Shown here piece by piece: positions 17,203-22,325 of a stretch of 22,325 nucleotides of DNA (position 1 is the stretch's first letter; every line of letters starts with the position of its first letter). Below the pieces are notes generated by a model. It saw nothing but the letters and a program-made list of their open reading frames with translations, had not been told where the DNA came from and did no database searches. A program made the position numbers and the translations under genes. Location: assembly GCA_938091905.1 (NCBI GenBank), contig CALKOM010000038.1, positions 1 to 22,325 of the forward strand, given 5' to 3'. This DNA is from an uncultured Verrucomicrobiales bacterium (GTDB lineage Bacteria; Verrucomicrobiota; Verrucomicrobiia; Verrucomicrobiales; DEV007).

Positions 17203-18527
17203 TTGGCCAGATGCTTGTCGGCGAAGTCCAGGTACCTCTCCCAATCATACAACGTCACATCATGGACTCCCGAGCGAACGTGGTAGCCGATGTCGTGGGC
17301 AACAGGCTCGTTAATCTTTGGCATCTCAGTCTCGGACAATCCTTCTTTTCCCAGCCACTCGTAGACTGGCGAGGCATGTTTAGCGGCAAGGAATTCTCCT
17401 TTGGGATCGGCCCAGCGATCTTCTTCTGCACTGGCAACGTAAAGAGGGCGAGGGGCGACGAGTGCCATGAGCATGTGTTGATCGACGGGAAGTTCGGCTT
17501 CGCGTTTCGCATAGGTTGCGTGATGGCGACAGAACCAGTAGCCAACGGGTTTCAACATGTGATGGAGGCGTTCGCCATAGCATCGCCGATAGAGAGAGGC
17601 TCCGCCGCATCCCGAGTTGTTGCTGATAACCATGGCGAAGTTCTCGTCTTGGGCCCCTGCCCAAAGGGCCGTTTTTCCCAATCTGGAGTGGCCAATGATG
17701 GCGAGGCGTTTTGCATCGATCGCGATGCCAGATTGTGTGTCTAACCAATTTCGAACGGTCGATAGTCCCCATGCCCAGGCTCCAATGGTGCCCCATTCAT
17801 TATCTGCGGGCTGAGCCTGTCCTTCTTTGTAGAACAGAGGATGCGCGCCATCCGTAAAGTCGTGCTGATAATTGTCCGGGTCGATATCGCCACAATAGGC
17901 GGTGACCAGTCCATAGCCGCGCTTGATCAAGGTCTCCACCTGCCAGCGACTCTGATAGGCTCCGCGGGTTTTCTCGGTGGCACGATTGGCGACGATTCCG
18001 ATCTTCCCATTCCCTCGCATCCATTTCTTGGAAATGAGGATGTTCGGATCTGAACTAACGGTTTGGTTTCCGTAGAAATTCAGCCCGATGAAAGCAGGTG
18101 CCTGCGCTTTGCCTTTCGGTGCGTAGACGAGCACGTCAATTTGAAGCGAACGGCTACTGGTTCCTGATGTAGGTGAAATGGTCAGCGTGAACTGCTGACG
18201 AGTGGCGCTGCCTCCCAAGGCTTCGTCGGATGACTCGACTAGCTTGCTAGCCACGGTTACTGAATCACCAGGTGTTTGCCCGTAAACATGCTTTTCGAGA
18301 AGGCGCTGGATCTCGGCACGTCTAGAGCTTGTCCATAGCTTGGCTCGTTCAGCGTTTGTTGAAGCTGCCGTTTCTTTGGGCAGAAGTGGGGGCAAGGTGT
18401 ATGTCGGGACCTTCGATTCATCGTAGTTGGTGTCGGCAGGTTCCTGGGCTTGAAGGATTCCCGTGCTTACAAGGACAACCAGGCTGATCAGGTAACGACG
18501 ATGATATACCATTTGGGAATCTACCAT
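17199..18527 (-). CDS. Carbohydrate esterase family 15 (glucuronoyl esterase-like), exported
   Basis: Signal peptide; NYDESKVPTYTLP, WGTIGAWAWG, catalytic GHSRLGK, SGCGG, LPVDQH, APRP, WADPKGE, YHVRSGVH. Confidence 0.9.
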   Translation of the reverse strand: MVDSQMVYHRRYLISLVVLVSTGILQAQEPADTNYDESKVPTYTLPPLLPKETAASTNAERAKLWTSSRRAEIQRLLEKHVYGQTPGDSVTVASKLVESSDEALGGSATRQQFTLTISPTSGTSSRSLQIDVLVYAPKGKAQAPAFIGLNFYGNQTVSSDPNILISKKWMRGNGKIGIVANRATEKTRGAYQSRWQVETLIKRGYGLVTAYCGDIDPDNYQHDFTDGAHPLFYKEGQAQPADNEWGTIGAWAWGLSTVRNWLDTQSGIAIDAKRLAIIGHSRLGKTALWAGAQDENFAMVISNNSGCGGASLYRRCYGERLHHMLKPVGYWFCRHHATYAKREAELPVDQHMLMALVAPRPLYVASAEEDRWADPKGEFLAAKHASPVYEWLGKEGLSETEMPKINEPVAHDIGYHVRSGVHDVTLYDWERYLDFADKHLAK

Positions 18528-18607
18528 TAAATCGGCCAGTCGTCGATCTATAGTGCTGCTTGCCAGGGTTTCTGGATAGGACTGGATTCGGGTGATCCTG
18601 CCAACGC

Positions 18608-18640
18608 AAAGAGGGGAAACATCCGTGGACGTTTCCCCTC
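18608..18640 (-). terminator. Intrinsic terminator-like hairpin downstream of the CotH gene
   Basis: Perfect 10-bp inverted repeat GAGGGGAAAC (18611-18620) / GTTTCCCCTC (18631-18640), extendable inward on the minus strand; followed by only TTT on the minus strand. Confidence 0.7.
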
Positions 18641-18687
18641 AGAATTGGGCGATTCGGTTTCGTGGCCGGATCGCTAACGTTAAGCCA

Positions 18688-21600
18688 TTATTTCTTGGCG
18701 ACGCGGACGTAGCTTGCGGTCTTCCCAGCGTCGATGGTCACTTTGTAAGAAGTGGTGCCATCTGCGCCATCAACATCTGCCACGGGGCTAAAGCTGGTGA
18801 GGTCATCGCTCATCTGCACTTCGTAGGAAGCACCTGCTTCGCTCGTGAAGCTGATAGTGATTCCGTCCGAGCCATGAACAATCTCAGTAATCTGGAAACC
18901 ATCAGCAGGTGGAGTCACGATCACGCCGCCGCCGGATTCTTCAGCGCCTGGCGAGCCATTGATTGCCGCACTCTTTGTCCACATAGCAGGTTCGGAGAAG
19001 TTGGTCGATCCCTTTTCATTTACTAAGACCAACGAATGGCCACCACCATCGGTTTCTGCGGCCCAGCCAGCCTCGGCGTCGTCATCATAGGCAAACTCCG
19101 TGATGACAGAGACGCCATCGGCACTGACCAACTGGATAGTTTCGCCGCCGTTGCTTAGTTTTCCGTTCGTGAAAGCTCCGGCGATAGGAAGCATCGAACC
19201 GTAGCGCATGTTGAAGGCTTCTACATTGGCCACGACAAGCACACGCTCGCCAGCGTCAATGGAGTGAATGGCTCCGTCGGTGAAGTCGAAATTCACCCCA
19301 TCGCCAAACATGGCACCGTAGAGCTGGATGGGAGCACTGCTCGTGTTGAGAAGTTCGAGATACTCAAAGTCATCGTTGTTGGTAAATCCAGCAGCGGCTT
19401 CTTCAGCAGTAGGTTCCGCAGGATTGTACATGATCTCTGTGATCCGTAGATTCGAGGAAGAGGCGAGCTCTCCGACGATGAAGTTGGCTTCATTGATAGC
19501 AGACCAATCTCCCGTGTTTAACAAGAGACGTGCCTTCACAGTTCCGGATTCGGTCAGCGTGACGCCACCCTCGTAGAGATGAGCATCTGGATCAATCTCG
19601 CCTCCACGGAGGCGAGGATCGCTTCCATCCAGAGTGTAATACATCTTACCAGGACGGGGATCAAAGAGGCTGAGCTTGTTCTCCATGGTTAGAACGGTAC
19701 CGGGCTCCAACTGGCCGCCTTGTTGACTGAATTTCACGGGCCGCTCAAACTGATCATCGAACCATTCCAGGCGCTCTGTCACCCAGTCCCTCATGAAGTT
19801 GACTTCCTCTTGATAGGTCTTGCGATTGGCAAAGCCTGGAGCATTTGGCCAGTCGTAGACTCCCAAGCGATTCCACCTGACGAAGTTGCGATCCGCCGCC
19901 TCGCGAATGAAGTCGGTGGTCTCGTCGATCTTACCCAAGACGTTCTCTTCGGAGAACATTCCACGTCTCAGCTCATACCAGCGGTCGGCGTATTCAACGA
20001 CGAACTCTGGGTCTTTGAACTTCTCTGGATACCAAGGGTATTGATTCGCGTTGATGTCTTCGTAGTACCAGCCCGCCGGTTTCCAACCGTCAAGGTAGTC
20101 GGCGTTTCCTAGGGAAAGATTGTAGTCCCAGGCGACGTAGTTCAGCTTTCCACCGCGGTCCTTGAAAATGTAATTGCTGATTCGATAGCCATCGATGTTC
20201 TTGGCGAACTCTACTAGGATGTGGTTGTCAATCACGTTGGCGACATTCCAATACTTGCGGAAGCCCGTGTCAGGATCGCCGCGGTTCTCGCCATGGAGCG
20301 CTTCCTCCATTTCGCTCATGTAGTCGGTGAGCCAGTCTAACTGTTTGTCGGTGATCGTGTATTCCGGCTCGATCAATTGAAGCGTCTGCCGCTCGGTTCC
20401 CGTCCGGAAGGTGGTGTTGTTCTGGTCCTCTTTGTCCTTGCGGAAGATATACCCGCCGGTGATCTCGGGTTCGCTATCATGTTCTGGTAGGAGGGGCTCC
20501 AAATCTACACGATCGCCGTCTCGTTTGATACGCTCCATGAAGACATAGACGCCACGGTAGTCTTCGTAAGAGACGGGCTCGCCATCATCAGGATTGTAGA
20601 AGACTTCGATGAACTTCGTCCGCACCGCGTAGTGACCCATGGCCCGTGACCAGCCATAGACAAGGAAGTTACGCATCAGCGTCTTGTCTGCGTAGGGAGC
20701 TTGTATGACCCAGTCGGATTCCGATGGCATGCCAAAGATTGACACCGCCTTGTCGCGATCATTCTCATCCCAGGACTCCATGTGGTACTGCTTCTTGGCA
20801 AAGTTTAAGGAACTTTGCCCTCTGCGTCGCATGCCGATCCTGCCAGCCCAATCGGATTCCCCATCTGCTTTGGCAAGGCCGGTGGCTTTGTCTTGTTCGA
20901 TGAATACGGCGGTGGCCCCGTAGAGCTGACCCTTGCCTCTAGTATCCACGTCTGTCCCGAATGAGTCGATGAAAGCGAGACCTAGGTTGGTATCGAAGTC
21001 CTTCATGTCATCGCCTAACTGAATGAACACTTCAGATTTCACACGACCAGGCAAGGCACCATCTTTGTAAGCTCGAGCACGAACCGTGGTGGTACTATCA
21101 ATGGCAATAGGTTCTGTGTAGAGAGTCGCTGGCTTGAAAAGTGACTTGGTGGGCTCGGAGCCATCTAACGTGTAGCGAATCTCTACCTCAGGGTCTTCGT
21201 GAGTTAAGGTGACCTCGGTCGTGTCAAAGAAGGTCTTTCCCTTAATCGAGAAATCGACTTTTTTTAAGGGCGGCTCCGTGAAAGACGCATTTGCCTTGCC
21301 GGGTGTTGGATTGCTGAAATAGCCATTGCTTTCTCCATCGGTTCCGTAAGAGACATCGAGATACTGGTCAGGGTACTTTTCCGTAAAATCTTGTATTACG
21401 TTCCCGTCAGGATCCACCAAGGCGAGGTACTCACCTCCACTCCGAAGCGAGAAGTTTGTATGATAAGTTTTGTCAAAGAGGCCCTTGAGGTTCAAGCCCG
21501 AGGCGTGGACCACCAGGTAGCCGTCGGCTGGCACCTTTGCCGCCGATGGGAAGGCCCATTTCTGAAGCTCGTCAGGATCGTCGGTGAGGAACCAGCCTCC

Positions 21601-21765
21601 CATACTTGCGGTATCGGCATCCGGATTGTGGATCTCGATCCAATCAGAGAAAGCTTCTTGATCGTCTTCGTAGGCGGCAAGGTTATCCGCCATGAATTCG
21701 GAGATGCGGGGTGCACCTAGAGCATTCATGGCCAGCAAGCCGAGCAGGATTGGTGTGTATTTCAT
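18688..21765 (-). CDS. CotH-family kinase with lamin-tail and Fn3-associated/chitobiase-C-like domains, exported
   Basis: Likely start ATG 21765 (MKYTPILLGLLAMNALG-AP). LTD1: ISEFMADN..SDWIEIHN..HTNFSL. IRYTLDGSEP. CotH core: RGQSS..KKQY, DKTLMRN, YRGVYVFME, NIDGY..WDYNLSLG. YYTLDGSDPR. LTD2: ITEIMYNP..FEYLELLN..LSNGGE. Confidence 0.9.
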   Translation of the reverse strand: MKYTPILLGLLAMNALGAPRISEFMADNLAAYEDDQEAFSDWIEIHNPDADTASMGGWFLTDDPDELQKWAFPSAAKVPADGYLVVHASGLNLKGLFDKTYHTNFSLRSGGEYLALVDPDGNVIQDFTEKYPDQYLDVSYGTDGESNGYFSNPTPGKANASFTEPPLKKVDFSIKGKTFFDTTEVTLTHEDPEVEIRYTLDGSEPTKSLFKPATLYTEPIAIDSTTTVRARAYKDGALPGRVKSEVFIQLGDDMKDFDTNLGLAFIDSFGTDVDTRGKGQLYGATAVFIEQDKATGLAKADGESDWAGRIGMRRRGQSSLNFAKKQYHMESWDENDRDKAVSIFGMPSESDWVIQAPYADKTLMRNFLVYGWSRAMGHYAVRTKFIEVFYNPDDGEPVSYEDYRGVYVFMERIKRDGDRVDLEPLLPEHDSEPEITGGYIFRKDKEDQNNTTFRTGTERQTLQLIEPEYTITDKQLDWLTDYMSEMEEALHGENRGDPDTGFRKYWNVANVIDNHILVEFAKNIDGYRISNYIFKDRGGKLNYVAWDYNLSLGNADYLDGWKPAGWYYEDINANQYPWYPEKFKDPEFVVEYADRWYELRRGMFSEENVLGKIDETTDFIREAADRNFVRWNRLGVYDWPNAPGFANRKTYQEEVNFMRDWVTERLEWFDDQFERPVKFSQQGGQLEPGTVLTMENKLSLFDPRPGKMYYTLDGSDPRLRGGEIDPDAHLYEGGVTLTESGTVKARLLLNTGDWSAINEANFIVGELASSSNLRITEIMYNPAEPTAEEAAAGFTNNDDFEYLELLNTSSAPIQLYGAMFGDGVNFDFTDGAIHSIDAGERVLVVANVEAFNMRYGSMLPIAGAFTNGKLSNGGETIQLVSADGVSVITEFAYDDDAEAGWAAETDGGGHSLVLVNEKGSTNFSEPAMWTKSAAINGSPGAEESGGGVIVTPPADGFQITEIVHGSDGITISFTSEAGASYEVQMSDDLTSFSPVADVDGADGTTSYKVTIDAGKTASYVRVAKK

Positions 21766-21810
21766 AGGGTTTAGGGTCTTGGTGAAATGAGAATGTACGG
21801 GATGCCTGGA

Positions 21811-21848
21811 TAGGGCGCAATATTCCATTTAGGGCGCAATATTCCATT
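21811..21848. repeat. Perfect 19-bp tandem duplication (TAGGGCGCAATATTCCATT x2)
   Basis: Copies at 21811-21829 and 21830-21848, about 45 bp upstream of the CotH start codon. Confidence 0.95.
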
Positions 21849-21949
21849 TTTCAAGCCTATCTGCGTGGTTGGCCTTCAACTAGGGGGCTTTCGCGCGATC
21901 CGCCGCCCCCATGGAGGGAGAAATGAAATTGTGTGCGGGAATTTGGACG

Positions 21950-21979
21950 TTGCTTTGGAGATCAAATCCATGGGATAAT
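21950..21979 (+). promoter_or_regulatory. Putative sigma70 promoter for the last gene
   Basis: TTGCTT (21950-21955), 18-nt spacer, TGn-extended GATAAT (21974-21979), 25 nt before ATG 22005. Confidence 0.45.
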
Positions 21980-22004
21980 CCACCTTGGGTCTTTACCAAT
22001 CACT

Positions 22005-22325
22005 ATGTGCTACTCCAAACTAGATCGGTCGGGAGGGAAGCGGCTCGCCTTCCCTCAATACACTGTTGCTCTAATGGGAGTGCTGCTTGCCTCTTCAATA
22101 GCAGAGGTTGTCATCGACGGCGATTTCTCTGACTGGGCCACTATTGGTCAGGGTACTGTTAGCGCGCCAAGTATCGAGGTCAGTGATCCGTCAGACTTGG
22201 GAGATTCCAGCGGGGATCTAGCGAAGATCACGGCAACCGTGGAAGGAGAGAACCTCGTTCTGACGTTCGAATCCCATGGGGTAACGACGCCAACGGTGGA
22301 TGAAACGCCTGAGGAGAAGACGAAT
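22005..22325 (+). CDS. 5' part of an exported protein with an IDGDFSDW motif; runs off the window
   Basis: Hand translation, open for 107 codons: MCYSKLDRSGGKRLAFPQYTVALMGVLLASSIA-EVVIDGDFSDW...DPSDLGDSSGDLAKITATVEGENLVLTF. IDG-x-x-x-D-W is typical of CBM9/DOMON-like sugar-binding domains. Not in the ORF track. Confidence 0.75.
   Translation, partial: MCYSKLDRSGGKRLAFPQYTVALMGVLLASSIAEVVIDGDFSDWATIGQGTVSAPSIEVSDPSDLGDSSGDLAKITATVEGENLVLTFESHGVTTPTVDETPEEKTN

Noticed and set aside
21811..21848. Tandem repeat as a CRISPR array or insertion target-site duplication
   Set aside because: Two adjacent copies with no spacer, and no cas, transposase or integrase gene in the window.
21883..21910. GGGGGC...GCCCCC hairpin as a riboswitch or ncRNA
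   Set aside because: Only a 6-bp stem with a long loop; no recognisable aptamer or tRNA features.

Overview
A gene-dense bacterial window, roughly mid-50s % GC by eye. Gene content (PSD1/planctomycete cytochrome c, two DUF1501 genes, CotH-lamin-tail protein, CE15 esterase) points to the PVC superphylum, most likely Verrucomicrobiota; this is inference. Left to right: a frameshifted isochorismatase-like gene end; a truncated exported-protein ORF; a three-gene System II cytochrome c maturation operon (lipoprotein, ResB/CcsB, CcsA); a minus-strand DUF1501 + PQQ-like beta-propeller pair; a small decaying cassette (an RQDDNG/GHKQxYW micro-domain in frame with a VOC gene but split by TGA, and a GNAT gene apparently lacking its ATG); a secreted protein with two HExxH motifs; a deleted and frameshifted membrane-protein relic; a TruC-like synthase; a PSD1 cytochrome-DUF1501-SGNH operon; RsuA coupled to a CE15 esterase; a large CotH kinase/lamin-tail exoprotein; and the start of a divergent exported protein. 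No rRNA, tRNA, CRISPR array or mobile element was seen. The best candidates for unexplored biology are the PSD1 cytochrome/Tat-DUF1501 modules near their likely heme-attachment machinery and its uncharacterised lipoprotein, the double-metallopeptidase protein, and several disrupted genes that the ORF track misses. All family calls come from motif recognition, not database searches.
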